Positions 1 through 9,371 of a stretch of DNA of 64,000 bases are shown here, piece by piece. Numbering within the stretch: the first letter of the stretch is position 1; each line of letters starts with the position of its first letter. A program made the translations under genes and the position numbers. The DNA is from Klebsiella phage EI: sequence record MN106245.1; one strand, written 5' to 3'. The notes under the pieces were generated by a model that saw only the letters and a list, made by a program, of their open reading frames with translations, had not been told where the DNA came from and did not search any database.

Positions 1-1092
1 GAAGATAATATGACTTATGTAGGCGGTGCTACATTCGGTGGTCTTATGGGCCCTGAATCCAGAGCCAATACTCCAGAATTCGTCGGCCAGGCACCGTATA
101 ATAAAGGTGACTTATTCAAACACGAATCTGTCATCTTTAAAGCTCTTGAAGATAATCCTTTTGCTGGATCTACTGAAACCAGTCATGACGAGCTTATTTC
201 TGAAGCTATTGCGGCCGGAACTATCCGCATGGTTTCTGATGCCGCTCCAACTGCACAGTTTGAAGCTGGTCACCCTGAAATAGCTGAAGCCGGGTTCCGT
301 GTCGATAAATGGCAAACTACGGTTAAATCCCGCAAACTTAAAACTTCTGTTACTGTTGAATTAGCCCAAGATCTAGAAGCTAATGGATTCGATGCCCCTG
401 ATTTCTTAGACGATATGCTAGGTATCCAGATGGCTGAAGAAGTAAACAAAGACATTCTTCAATCGTTGGTTACAGTTTCTAGTAGGTTTAAAGTTCACGG
501 TGTGTCATCTAAAGGGGTTTTAGACCTTACAGATCCTAAATATGATAACGCCCAGGATCGTGCACGTACGCTGTATTACTACATGTGCGAGATGAATTCT
601 GCCGTCCAACGCAATACTTCGTTCGCTGGGACATATGCCGCAGCTAGTTCTCGCTGTGCGGCTATTTTAGCTGCTTCAGGCTGGGTTGAAAAGCGAGATG
701 ACGGTGATGAGTTAGCCTACGGCTATCTGAAGAATGGTCTGCCTCTTTACGCGGATATGAATACGCCGGCAGAATATGTTATTGTTGGTGTTAATGCAGA
801 TATGGGTGAAGGCCAGACGGTGGCATCATTATATTATGCGCCTTATACTGAAGGTATGGATGTAGAAGATGATATTGATCAAATGGGCGAATTCAAGATA
901 GTTGTCGACCCTGATTCTTTACAGCCTACTATTTCTTTACTCGCACGGTATGCTTTGTCTGCTAATCCGTACACTGTTGCTAAAGATGAAAAAGAAGCTC
1001 GAATCATCGATGGTTCTGATATGGATAAGATGGCTGGTCAGAGTCTATTAAGTTCTTACCTCGGCGTTAAGTTACCACCGCTCGAGAAATAA
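1..1092 (+). CDS. 24: Head vertex protein gp24 (gp23 paralog), 5'-truncated at window edge
   Basis: The translation matches the remembered T4 gp24 C-terminal half (NKGDLFK..., KWQTTVKSRKLKT..VELAQDLEANGFDAP, FKIVVDPDSLQPTISLLARYALSANPYTVAKDEKEARIIDG.DMDKMAG). The frame is open to nt 1. The position upstream of rnlB agrees. Confidence 0.7.
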   Translation, partial: EDNMTYVGGATFGGLMGPESRANTPEFVGQAPYNKGDLFKHESVIFKALEDNPFAGSTETSHDELISEAIAAGTIRMVSDAAPTAQFEAGHPEIAEAGFRVDKWQTTVKSRKLKTSVTVELAQDLEANGFDAPDFLDDMLGIQMAEEVNKDILQSLVTVSSRFKVHGVSSKGVLDLTDPKYDNAQDRARTLYYYMCEMNSAVQRNTSFAGTYAAASSRCAAILAASGWVEKRDDGDELAYGYLKNGLPLYADMNTPAEYVIVGVNADMGEGQTVASLYYAPYTEGMDVEDDIDQMGEFKIVVDPDSLQPTISLLARYALSANPYTVAKDEKEARIIDGSDMDKMAGQSLLSSYLGVKLPPLEK

Positions 1093-1096
1093 AAAT

Positions 1097-1114
1097 GGGA
1101 GCCATAAGGCTCCC
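1097..1114. terminator. Bidirectional hairpin GGGAGCC-ATAA-GGCTCCC between convergent genes
   Basis: Perfect 7-bp inverted repeat with T/A-rich flanks, lying between the gene 24 stop and the stop of the minus-strand ORF at 1115. Confidence 0.6.
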
Positions 1115-1660
1115 TTATAAATTAAAAATATCAAACTTTGGCCTATATTTGTCTTCGAATTTTTTAAATACTTCTGAATTGTTCAGATTAATACATTTAA
1201 TACCATACTTTTTAGCTATATCAACTGCAACTCTAGTTCCGCCTTGAACTCTGCCATTTCTAACCGGGGCCCAGTATAAAACTAAATCCACAGGGTTTTG
1301 ACATGATAATCCAAAAACTTGACATGCATTACGAGCAAACAACTTTCTAACTATATCTGAGCAATTTTCCCAGTACGAGGTAACTGATTGGGCTATTCTA
1401 TAACTAGCTGTTTGAACGTCCACTGGTAAGTTTTCAAAACTTACAACCCCTAAGCCAACAAAATGGCCACAGAACCCGTTGTAAGGTATTATCCTCAGAG
1501 ATTTAGACCTATCATATTTTGCCAGCCAAGCTTCATCTGAACCAGGCGCTCCGCCACTATAAGCTAAATATCCTTTATTTGAAAAGTTTTCACCTATAGA
1601 TGTCATCAAATCAAGAACTTTGCGGGGCGCCTTTCGAGAACCAATCAGCGCCACTCTCAT
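1115..1660 (-). CDS. SLOG/DprA(Smf)-like Rossmann-fold protein (accessory, not in T4)
   Basis: 181 aa. It carries an N-terminal IGSRKAP..(20 aa)..SGGAPGSDEAW motif pair resembling the DprA/LOG (SLOG) nucleotide-binding fold. It lies between gene 24 and rnlB, which are adjacent in T4. Confidence 0.45.
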   Translation of the reverse strand: MRVALIGSRKAPRKVLDLMTSIGENFSNKGYLAYSGGAPGSDEAWLAKYDRSKSLRIIPYNGFCGHFVGLGVVSFENLPVDVQTASYRIAQSVTSYWENCSDIVRKLFARNACQVFGLSCQNPVDLVLYWAPVRNGRVQGGTRVAVDIAKKYGIKCINLNNSEVFKKFEDKYRPKFDIFNL

Positions 1661-2658
1661 TAATTACTTACCAATTCAAACCACGCCGGACGAAGCACGT
1701 CTTGTATCAGCTTAGTAATTTCTTTCTTCACGATATCAGGCTGTTCTGCTTGAATGACTTCAAGACCTTCTCGTTCAGCTTCAATAAGGATATCTTGAAC
1801 TGTTAAGCCCATAACCTTTCCAAAGTCTTTAGGACCAACCTTACCGATCTTACTAATAACGTTGTTCACACGCTGAATAGTAACGTATTCAGAGAATTTC
1901 TGCAGAACGTCTTGGTCAATTTCACTCAGAACAGCTTTAGGCTTAATAGGCTTATCAGATTTAGCTTTTTCGCTGAACTTAGAGTTCTTACACTTGATAG
2001 CCACACGACTGCCGTTAGCCAGGAACCGTGGATAATTAGGTTTCAGTACATAGCCTTCAGCCGTATTATCGGTGGCTTCTTCAGCCGGCCAGATGCGGGT
2101 ATTAGCATTTCTGAGGTCTACTTCTGCGGCTTCGTTGTAACGATTAACGTTAATCTGGAACTCATTAGGCAGTTTAATCAGTTCATCAAATGAACCACGA
2201 CCCATCAGAGGTGCAACCTTGAAACCAAAGGTGCAACACATCTGTTCCATCATAAAATCATCTACAAATTGATGAGTACCTTTATCGGTTTTAACCAAGA
2301 TATCAAAGACATAGAAATCTTTCTCGCCGTAATCAACACCTTTCTGGATACCGCCACCAGCGAATTCACCGAAGATCTGCATACTAGAGCCTTCTTTAAT
2401 TGTATTTTGTACGGCTTTAATAGAGTCGTTATATTTCTTTAAAATAACAGTGTACCCAAAGAAGTCTTCAGCTGGAAGAATAGGACCTGTGCGCTTCGCG
2501 CATGTGACTGCATCACGTTCAATGATAATAGAAAAGTTGGTACCATGAATCTTTTCACGTGCACACCAGCCTTCAGTTACATCATAGCCGTGGTGTCGAA
2601 TCTTTTCAATAAATTTATTATTGTAGTGGTTCTCAAGACTAGAATATTTCTCAAACAC
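1660..2658 (-). CDS. rnlB: RNA ligase 2
   Basis: Near-collinear with T4 Rnl2 ([66 protein letters not shown]). The ligase KxHGxN lysine motif is present. Confidence 0.9.
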   Translation of the reverse strand: MFEKYSSLENHYNNKFIEKIRHHGYDVTEGWCAREKIHGTNFSIIIERDAVTCAKRTGPILPAEDFFGYTVILKKYNDSIKAVQNTIKEGSSMQIFGEFAGGGIQKGVDYGEKDFYVFDILVKTDKGTHQFVDDFMMEQMCCTFGFKVAPLMGRGSFDELIKLPNEFQINVNRYNEAAEVDLRNANTRIWPAEEATDNTAEGYVLKPNYPRFLANGSRVAIKCKNSKFSEKAKSDKPIKPKAVLSEIDQDVLQKFSEYVTIQRVNNVISKIGKVGPKDFGKVMGLTVQDILIEAEREGLEVIQAEQPDIVKKEITKLIQDVLRPAWFELVSN

Positions 2659-2778
2659 ATTTCACCTCTAAATATCAGAACAAACATAATTAAAAGAGTA
2701 AAGACTTCTACCGCCAGTACTCTTAGCTTAAACCCATTATACCGAATATATCACAAAAATTTTTAAAGCATATTAGAA

Positions 2779-2889
2779 TGTAATTTCTACCCAGTCACCG
2801 TCTCGTTGATCATGCTTCCAATTAACTACCACACCATCGTCTTGCATCCATTTAATCAGCTGGTCTTTATATTTCTTTGCCATTGAGGA
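2779..2889 (-). CDS. Small hypothetical protein (36 aa)
   Basis: ATG-initiated ORF MAKKYKDQLIKWMQDDGVVVNWKHDQRDGDWVEITF. It is below the ORF-track cutoff and has a weak SD. Confidence 0.2.
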
Positions 2890-2899
2890 TGGATACCAA

Positions 2900-3136
2900 T
2901 TAAACTTGGCGTTTGCCTTTCAGAGCATGAGTTTTAAATTCCAGTTCAACTTCGTCTTTGGCTTTTTTCAATTCAGTAGTAGCGACAGAGTCCGCCAGGG
3001 CACCATAGTGTTCTACTAATGTAGAAACACGTGGCTCGTTAACGAGTGCCTTCAGGCCGCCAATAGGTTGCCCTGATTCGTCCCATCCTTGAATACGTCG
3101 AGATTTTAGATCCGGTTGAAATGCAGAATCATGCAT
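2900..3136 (-). CDS. Hypothetical protein (24.x-like)
   Basis: 78-aa ORF in the rnlB-hoc interval, packed against its neighbours. Confidence 0.4.
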   Translation of the reverse strand: MHDSAFQPDLKSRRIQGWDESGQPIGGLKALVNEPRVSTLVEHYGALADSVATTELKKAKDEVELEFKTHALKGKRQV

Positions 3137-3359
3137 TATAACACCTCATTTTTTCAACTAATTTAGTATGGTCTGTAATAAGCCGTTTACGATAAATTAC
3201 TCTTTCTCGAGCCTTGGCTCGCTCTCTGGCTTTTTCGACTTTTATCCATTCCTGCATAGCTTCTTTAGCACTGATACCAAACTGTTTAGCGATATCAATA
3301 AAACTAGTACCAGTTTCATGCATCATATGAATCTTTAATGCTTGCATGGTTAGCTCCAC
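3129..3359 (-). CDS. Small helix-turn-helix protein
   Basis: 76 aa with a TSFIDIAKQFGISAKEAMQEW HTH-like segment. Confidence 0.45.
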   Translation of the reverse strand: MELTMQALKIHMMHETGTSFIDIAKQFGISAKEAMQEWIKVEKARERAKARERVIYRKRLITDHTKLVEKMRCYNA

Positions 3360-3426
3360 TTAGTGATGTTGAGGTTATTAAATCATAAAAATTTTAAAGC
3401 TAACTCTGGAGCCTTTAGATGCCAAT

Positions 3427-3444
3427 GTGGGGCCGAAGCCCCAC
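3427..3444 (-). terminator. C(UUCG)G tetraloop hairpin after hoc (minus-strand transcript)
   Basis: gtGGGGCcgaaGCCCCac; the minus strand reads GGGGC-UUCG-GCCCC. Confidence 0.6.
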
Positions 3445-3466
3445 TATCAATAGATATAGTCGTAGA

Positions 3467-4273
3467 TTATTCCAACATCAAGAGCGGACCGGTGAACAAA
3501 ACACGTCCATTTCTAGATTCTTGGACATCGACTTCAGGGTACTCTTCTAGCATTTTAGCCAGAGTATACCGATGCAGGTAATAATCACTGTCAGGGTCGT
3601 CGAGTTTCCAATCTTTGCCCTCAACAGTCATTCGCTGGATTTCATCCATTACCCACCATCCACACCGGATATAGGCTGTTCCACGGAACGGTAGAGGATG
3701 AATATATGGAAGTTCTCCGTCTGGCTCAGGGGCTACTCTTTTAGTAAAAGCAACAGCAATACCTTTAGTCGCGGTTCCATTATTATAATCCGGCGCAGAA
3801 ACCTTTACTTCACAATTAAGTGTGTAGCTAGTTTCCGCTGATTCAGTTAAGGTAATTGTTTTACCTGTTTGGCCTGCAATAACAGTAGTACCACGTTTCC
3901 ACACGTAAGCAATGCTTGCTCCAGCCGGCGCCCCGCTAACATCCGCTGTAACTACTTGAGATTGGCCAATTTCTTTAGAAACTGAAGTTGGGCTCAAAGT
4001 TAAAGTAATAGCAGGCATGGTTTTGTTCTTAACCGTCAGAGTAGTTTCTGCTTCGGCCGTTTCAGGATCGCCTTCAGCCGGAGTGACGGTAGCAACTACT
4101 TTAATAGTCTTACTACCTGCAGGTCCTGCAGCAACATACTTCATAGCTGCAGTAACAGAAGATTGCTTTACACCATTTACAGTCCACACAAATGATTCTG
4201 TACCTTCGACAGCAGCACCAGACGTGGTTGCAGTAAAATTAGTTGTGGCCCCAATGACTGCTGAAGCAGCCAA
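3467..4273 (-). CDS. hoc: Highly immunogenic outer capsid protein
   Basis: Thr/Ala/Val-rich Ig-like repeats followed by a C-terminal capsid-binding module. Position matches T4 hoc between rnlB and inh. Confidence 0.75.
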   Translation of the reverse strand: MAASAVIGATTNFTATTSGAAVEGTESFVWTVNGVKQSSVTAAMKYVAAGPAGSKTIKVVATVTPAEGDPETAEAETTLTVKNKTMPAITLTLSPTSVSKEIGQSQVVTADVSGAPAGASIAYVWKRGTTVIAGQTGKTITLTESAETSYTLNCEVKVSAPDYNNGTATKGIAVAFTKRVAPEPDGELPYIHPLPFRGTAYIRCGWWVMDEIQRMTVEGKDWKLDDPDSDYYLHRYTLAKMLEEYPEVDVQESRNGRVLFTGPLLMLE

Positions 4274-4310
4274 AGGAGCAATAGATACGCCTATAAGCCA
4301 TAGTCGGTCC

Positions 4311-5030
4311 TTATTTTAAAGTTACAAACGAAGAATTACGGGTTTCACGAATCATAATAGATCCGTTTCTTTTGATGTAATAAATTAAACTAAACAGTGT
4401 CTGGTGTGCACTAGGGTGTGGGAAGCTGGTAGGTCTTGATTTCCAATCAGGCGTATCTTTAATCCACTTATAAATCCACCACGGTAAAGTCACATACCCT
4501 GGATTTCGGCCCATCAGAATAAAATGAGGACTAAAGTTTTCTGGTAGTTCAAAAGTAGTTTCGTCAGCGATAATTTTAGATACGGCTTCTTCAAAGGTAT
4601 TTTCAGAAAGCTTAGCCTTGGGTTCGGAGAATTCACCTATAGGCGCCTCAATATGAATAGCTTTTTCTTCAATAACTGATTGATCTTGAACGGGTTCTTT
4701 GATTTCGTGAATAGATACAGGAATTTCCGGAGAATCAAATAACAGTTTAGCTTCGGGCTTAGCTTCATCATCACCAAGTACAAAGTCGTTCTTGCCTTCA
4801 AGTTCATCATCAGCGGCAATAAGGTCACTGATACTCAGACCTTCGTTATCTTCTGGCATAGGCTCTTCGGCCATCTTTTTAAAAGCTGCTTCGATATCTA
4901 AGACCAGATTTTCAAAGCCTTTACTCTTTTTCAGTTGGATATTAAATCCTTCGGCATATTCAATAAGTTTGGATTTGGCTTCTTTTTTATTTTCAAGACC
5001 ACGAAGGTCATCAATATATTGTTTATCCAT
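4311..5030 (-). CDS. inh: Inh-like protein (inhibitor of prohead protease), acidic
   Basis: 239-aa acidic protein in the T4 inh position, between hoc and uvsW. A late promoter lies upstream. Confidence 0.5.
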   Translation of the reverse strand: MDKQYIDDLRGLENKKEAKSKLIEYAEGFNIQLKKSKGFENLVLDIEAAFKKMAEEPMPEDNEGLSISDLIAADDELEGKNDFVLGDDEAKPEAKLLFDSPEIPVSIHEIKEPVQDQSVIEEKAIHIEAPIGEFSEPKAKLSENTFEEAVSKIIADETTFELPENFSPHFILMGRNPGYVTLPWWIYKWIKDTPDWKSRPTSFPHPSAHQTLFSLIYYIKRNGSIMIRETRNSSFVTLK

Positions 5031-5051
5031 AGTGTCTCTCTCTTTCTAGTG

Positions 5052-5059
5052 TATAAATA
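5052..5059 (+). promoter_or_regulatory. T4 late promoter TATAAATA (drives uvsW)
   Basis: Exact TATAAATA about 30 nt upstream of the uvsW ATG. Confidence 0.6.
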
Positions 5060-5065
5060 TGTATG

Positions 5066-5073
5066 TATTTATA
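5066..5073 (-). promoter_or_regulatory. T4 late promoter TATAAATA on minus strand (drives inh/hoc)
   Basis: TATTTATA on the plus strand is TATAAATA on the minus strand, about 35 nt upstream of the inh start. Confidence 0.55.
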
Positions 5074-5089
5074 ACTGAGGCTATACGCT

Positions 5090-6589
5090 GTGGACATCAA
5101 ATTAAAATTTCATGATTTTAGTCACGTTCTGGTTGAATGCGATGAAGGCATCTTCTATGAACTAAGAGACTTTTTCTCCTTCGAAGCAGAAGGCTATAAG
5201 TTTAATCCAAAATTTCGTTATGGACAGTGGGACGGGCGTATTCGTCTATTAGGTTATGACAGATTACTCCCCTTTGGACTGGTGAACCAGGTACAGAAAT
5301 TCGCCAACAACATGGGATATAAAGTTCATGCCGACCCTATGATTTTTGAAAAAGAAGAAATCACTCAAGAATCTTTTGATAAATGGCTCGATTCTAAAGA
5401 AATCTATTCTGGATTGACTAAGATTACACCTCATTGGTACCAGAAAGAAGCCGTGTTTAAGGGTCTTAAAGAAAGACGTGCTCTGTTGAATTTACCTACA
5501 TCGGCAGGTAAATCATTGATTCAGGCGCTCCTGAGTCGTTATTACGTAGAGAACTACGAAGGTAAAATTCTGATAATTGTTCCTACTACCGCCCTTGTCG
5601 ACCAAATGATCGATGACTTCTGTGATTATCGCCTGTTCAAAAGAGACAATATGCTTGGTATCAGAAGTGGTACTAAGAAAGATTCTTCTGCAGTGGTTTA
5701 TGTTAGTACTTGGCAGACTGCTATTAAACAACCTAAAGAATGGTTCAGCCAGTTTGGTCTTATGATGAATGATGAATGCCATCTTGCGACAGGTAAATCT
5801 ATCTCTACCATTATCGCCGGGTTAAATAACTGTATGTTCAAATTCGGACTTTCCGGTTCTTTGAAAGACGGCAAAGCTAATTTGATGCAGTACCAAGGTC
5901 TGTTTGGTGATATCTTTAAACCGGTATCAACTTCACAGTTGATGGAAGAAGGCGCTGTTACTGAACTTAAAATTAACGCTATCAGACTTCGGTATCCAGA
6001 TAACATTACTGTTGCTTTGAAAGGTAAAACTTACCAAGAAGAGATTAAATATATCACTTCAGTTAAACGCCGTAATAAATGGATTGCAAATCTGGCTGTT
6101 AAATTAGCTAATAAAAACCAAAACGCCTTCGTGATGTTCAAGAACATCAGCCATGGCAAAGAATTATTCCAGATGATTAAAGACCTTGGACACGACAAAA
6201 TATTCTATGTATCTGGTGAAATTGATACAGATACTCGTACTGCTCTTAAAAAGATTGCAGAAAACGAAGCCGGAATTATTGTTGTCGCATCGTACGGCGT
6301 ATTCTCTACCGGAATCAGTATTAAGAATCTACACCATGTTATTTTAGCGCACGGTGTTAAATCAAAGATTATCGTACTTCAGACTATCGGTCGAGTACTT
6401 CGTAAGCATGGCTCTAAAGATGTAGCAACGGTTTGGGACATCATCGATGACTGCGGTGTTAAACCTAAATCTGCCAATGCCAAAAAGACTTACACTCATA
6501 TTAACTATTTGCTCAAACATGGCTTAGAACGTATCCAGCGTTATGCTGATGAGAAATTCGATTACGTCATGAAACTTGTCGAACTCTAA
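5090..6589 (+). CDS. uvsW: UvsW RNA-DNA/DNA helicase
   Basis: Strong match to T4 UvsW end to end (MDIKLKFHDFSHV..., LNLPTSAGKSLIQALL, DECH box MMNDECHLATGKS, VLQTIGRVLRKHGSK). Confidence 0.95.
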   Translation: MDIKLKFHDFSHVLVECDEGIFYELRDFFSFEAEGYKFNPKFRYGQWDGRIRLLGYDRLLPFGLVNQVQKFANNMGYKVHADPMIFEKEEITQESFDKWLDSKEIYSGLTKITPHWYQKEAVFKGLKERRALLNLPTSAGKSLIQALLSRYYVENYEGKILIIVPTTALVDQMIDDFCDYRLFKRDNMLGIRSGTKKDSSAVVYVSTWQTAIKQPKEWFSQFGLMMNDECHLATGKSISTIIAGLNNCMFKFGLSGSLKDGKANLMQYQGLFGDIFKPVSTSQLMEEGAVTELKINAIRLRYPDNITVALKGKTYQEEIKYITSVKRRNKWIANLAVKLANKNQNAFVMFKNISHGKELFQMIKDLGHDKIFYVSGEIDTDTRTALKKIAENEAGIIVVASYGVFSTGISIKNLHHVILAHGVKSKIIVLQTIGRVLRKHGSKDVATVWDIIDDCGVKPKSANAKKTYTHINYLLKHGLERIQRYADEKFDYVMKLVEL

Positions 6590-6598
6590 GGACCCACT

Positions 6599-6826
6599 AT
6601 GGACTTTAAACAATTTTTATACGAAGCCGCCATTGAAGATTTTATGTCTAAAGTAAACTCTTGCCGGACCCTTGATGGCCTTAATGAGTTGGAAAAATAT
6701 TACAAGAAGCGTGTAAAAGAAGCTGATTTGAAAGATTCTGATGATATCACTATCCGTGATGCTTTGGCCGGTAAACGCGCAGAACTGGAATCAATAGATT
6801 CTGATGAGGAAGAAGAAAACTTCTAA
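6599..6826 (+). CDS. uvsW.1: UvsW.1 small acidic protein
   Basis: 75 aa immediately downstream of uvsW with an acidic C-terminus, as in T4 uvsW.1. Confidence 0.65.
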   Translation: MDFKQFLYEAAIEDFMSKVNSCRTLDGLNELEKYYKKRVKEADLKDSDDITIRDALAGKRAELESIDSDEEEENF

Positions 6827-6837
6827 TCTCTAGATAC

Positions 6838-6863
6838 AAAAAAGGCCCTCCATACGGAGAGCC
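6838..6863 (-). terminator. Rho-independent terminator (minus strand): 8-bp stem GGCUCUCC-GUAU-GGAGGGCC plus U-run
   Basis: Read on the minus strand the hairpin is followed by TTTTTT. It sits after the small Cys ORF at 6888..7052. Confidence 0.55.
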
Positions 6864-6887
6864 AAGAATAACCAATAAGGTTACACA

Positions 6888-7052
6888 CTAGATTAAAAGC
6901 TGCACTTCGTTAAGTTGCTGTTCTGTATCCTCAGTAACTGGCATCTCAACTGCATGATTATAGCATTGACCGGGATGAACCGGACCTTTGTCTGATTGAA
7001 CAACCAATACATCATCGATTGGAGTCTTACAGACGACACAAATACACGACAT
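6888..7052 (-). CDS. Small Cys-rich protein (uvsY.-2-like)
   Basis: 54 aa, MSCICVVCKTPIDD..., not in the ORF track because it is under 60 aa. Position matches T4 uvsY.-2. Confidence 0.4.
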   Translation of the reverse strand: MSCICVVCKTPIDDVLVVQSDKGPVHPGQCYNHAVEMPVTEDTEQQLNEVQLLI

Positions 7053-7082
7053 GGTTGTCTCCTCTGTTAATAAACTTATTTA

Positions 7083-7502
7083 TTAAGCTTCACCTGCTTC
7101 GAATTTACGAAGATCAATAATTGCTTTTATTGCGAATCCTCGGGCTTTAATAGCATCCATAGCATCACTACAGAACTCAAGCAGAATACCCCAGTACTGA
7201 AGTTTGGTTTCAGTTCCTAAGATAGTTTCGTCGGCAGCCATTACAGTTTTTAGTTCAGACTTCTCATACGAATCCATACACACTTCTTCGCCAGGCTCTA
7301 CACGTCCCGTGTAGTAATCAAGCCTTTTCTTCATAGCTTGTTTCTTCATGGCTTCAATACGGAGCATTTCTTTACGACATATAGAGTGCTTACGTACCCA
7401 CCGCCCGTAGACAACAGGATTATTGGCAGCTTCATACTGAAGTTTTGTCTGGTCAATAACTAAATCCCGGTCTAATTCATCTTGTAAATCTTCCAACTTC
7501 AT
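7083..7502 (-). CDS. uvsY: UvsY recombination mediator
   Basis: Matches T4 UvsY (MKLEDLQDEL..TKLQYEAANN..LRIEA.KK..LDYY.GR..LQYWGILL.FCS.A.DAIK.RGFAIK). Confidence 0.9.
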   Translation of the reverse strand: MKLEDLQDELDRDLVIDQTKLQYEAANNPVVYGRWVRKHSICRKEMLRIEAMKKQAMKKRLDYYTGRVEPGEEVCMDSYEKSELKTVMAADETILGTETKLQYWGILLEFCSDAMDAIKARGFAIKAIIDLRKFEAGEA

Positions 7503-7546
7503 TTAATCACCAATCTCAATTTAAAGGACCTAAACCATTATACACA

Positions 7547-7939
7547 CTATTGACGAGAAGCACGTAATTTGATCTTGATGCGTTCTAAGACATCTGGGTC
7601 GTCGACGATAGAAAACATCACCGTAACGACTACAGCATTATCATCATATAGCGCCAAGACCTCAACACGTAGACGTTCTACCCGTGGCTCGTAGGTTTGG
7701 ATGGCCGATACAATATTACGCTGGATAGTATCAGCAGTTAATGGGGTCATGTTTTCGAACAACTCATCCGAAAGGCTACACCCAAAGTCTGGATTGAAAG
7801 GGCGACTGCCCTTTCTTGTGGTGATAATTCCTAAGATGCTGTTTTTTACTGCCCTTGCGCCTACAGTTCTTGCAACGTCTTTATCCCAGGCCATTCTAAG
7901 GTCCGGGTCTAAGTCAGAATACATGGTGTCTATATTCAT
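7547..7939 (-). CDS. 25: Baseplate wedge protein gp25
   Basis: Matches T4 gp25 (ITTRKGSRPF.P.FGC.LSD.LFENMTPLTADT..). Confidence 0.9.
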   Translation of the reverse strand: MNIDTMYSDLDPDLRMAWDKDVARTVGARAVKNSILGIITTRKGSRPFNPDFGCSLSDELFENMTPLTADTIQRNIVSAIQTYEPRVERLRVEVLALYDDNAVVVTVMFSIVDDPDVLERIKIKLRASRQ

Positions 7940-8562
7940 TGGATAACCTTAAAGAACTCTTTGAGTCCGGTAATTTGGTGTACATGATTCTTCCCACACT
8001 TGCAAGAAATAGGAACTGCCAGCTGTATCTGTGGCTTCAGTAGCATATCTTTTATTTTCAGGACATCTTCGGTAGTTATAGCAGAATAAAGGTCATCTAT
8101 CTCTTGGTCTGATAAATCGTCAACAAAGATCTGCTCACCGTTAACAATAATGTAATCGATAGATTTAGCTATCATTAAAGCAATATCATTATCATCAAAT
8201 AATTCAGGGTATTTGAACTGGATACGAAGTTCGCCTATGGAATACAAGAGATCGCTAGAGCCCATGATTTGAATACGGTTAGTATTAATTGGCACGTCGA
8301 TTTCGTTGCCACACTCGCACACCCAGGTGGCTGTATGATTAACTTCACCTAATGAATGGGCCCACAGATTAACTAGAAGAAGTTCGGATTCATGTTTATT
8401 TAAGCCTTTAGCATTAGTACAATCTTTAATCAGCTGCTTAATCGTTTTATCAAGAACCTTATCAGCTTTAGCTTTTATAAGATTCAAATATTCTTCTAGT
8501 GTAAACGCTCGGCAAGAAATATTTTTGCCATTTATAGTTAGGTCAAAATTATAAGTTGTCAT
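7936..8562 (-). CDS. 26: Baseplate hub protein gp26
   Basis: 208 aa. Synteny 25-26-51 and the same size as T4 gp26. Confidence 0.75.
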   Translation of the reverse strand: MTTYNFDLTINGKNISCRAFTLEEYLNLIKAKADKVLDKTIKQLIKDCTNAKGLNKHESELLLVNLWAHSLGEVNHTATWVCECGNEIDVPINTNRIQIMGSSDLLYSIGELRIQFKYPELFDDNDIALMIAKSIDYIIVNGEQIFVDDLSDQEIDDLYSAITTEDVLKIKDMLLKPQIQLAVPISCKCGKNHVHQITGLKEFFKVIQ

Positions 8563-8578
8563 ATGTTACCTCTAGACG

Positions 8579-8586
8579 TATTTATA
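8579..8586 (-). promoter_or_regulatory. Late promoter TATAAATA (minus strand) for genes 26/25
   Basis: Half of the palindrome TATTTATAAATA between the divergent genes 26 and 51. Confidence 0.5.
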
Positions 8587-8590
8587 AATA
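8583..8590 (+). promoter_or_regulatory. Late promoter TATAAATA for gene 51
   Basis: Exact TATAAATA 22 nt upstream of the AGAGGA RBS and the ATG at 8613. Confidence 0.6.
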
Positions 8591-8612
8591 CAATAAAATA
8601 AGAGGACTCCCT

Positions 8613-9371
8613 ATGGCTAATATCGTAAGGTGTGAATTACCAGACGGTGTTCATAGATTCTCTCCGTTCACAGTCTCTGATTATAGAGATTTTCTTCTGG
8701 TACGGAACGACATGAACACTAAGTCTCCAGAAGATCAAGAAAAACTTATTGAAGAACTCCAAAACGACTACTTCAGTGATATCCCTAAAGAATATAGAGC
8801 ATTTGTGTTCTTAAAAGTCTATTTATCTAGCATAGGTAAGACTAAAATCCCGGTTAAGGTTGAATGCCCTAAATGTGGAAAAGCTAAAATGGTGCTGATT
8901 AATTTCCACCAAGAAGCAGTTGAGCTTCCTGTAGTCGAAGTGTCCGGGCTTCGACTTAAATTTAAGCATCCATCTAAAAACTATAAAGAAAACATAGCCG
9001 GGCTAGTAACAGAAAACATTTTGACCGTAGAAGATTCTAATGGGGTCTATCAGTGGTCTGAGCTGTCTACAGAAAACAAAGTTCAAGTTGTTGAAGCTAT
9101 TGATATAGAAACCTTAGAACTTATAATCAAAAAATTGAACATATTTGACTTTGTACTAAAATATTCGTGCTGCGATTCTCATGAGATCCATTACACTAAT
9201 TTTATGGATATCTTTAAGCTTCTTCTGAACCCAGATGAAATATTTACATTTTATAAAATCAATCACTTGATAGTTAAACAAGGCTACGATCTTTCGTCTA
9301 TTATGAATATGATTCCTATTGAGCGAAGCATCACATTATCTCTGATTGAAAAGGACCTAGCACAAAAATGA
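8613..9371 (+). CDS. 51: Baseplate hub assembly catalyst gp51
   Basis: Start trimmed to the ATG at 8613 preceded by AAGAGGA. 252 aa against 249 in T4 gp51. The TGA overlaps the gene 27 ATG. Confidence 0.7.
   Translation: MANIVRCELPDGVHRFSPFTVSDYRDFLLVRNDMNTKSPEDQEKLIEELQNDYFSDIPKEYRAFVFLKVYLSSIGKTKIPVKVECPKCGKAKMVLINFHQEAVELPVVEVSGLRLKFKHPSKNYKENIAGLVTENILTVEDSNGVYQWSELSTENKVQVVEAIDIETLELIIKKLNIFDFVLKYSCCDSHEIHYTNFMDIFKLLLNPDEIFTFYKINHLIVKQGYDLSSIMNMIPIERSITLSLIEKDLAQK

Noticed and set aside
10-1092. First ORF initially read as the C-terminus of major capsid protein gp23, which would imply gene 24 is missing from its canonical place.
   Set aside because: The sequence matches the remembered T4 gp24 C-terminal half much better (…KWQTxVKSRKLKTxxTVELAQDLEANGFDAP…, …SLQPxIxLLxRYALSANPYTVAKDEKEARIIDG…). 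The synteny 24-rnlB-hoc then matches T4, so no gene 24 loss is claimed.
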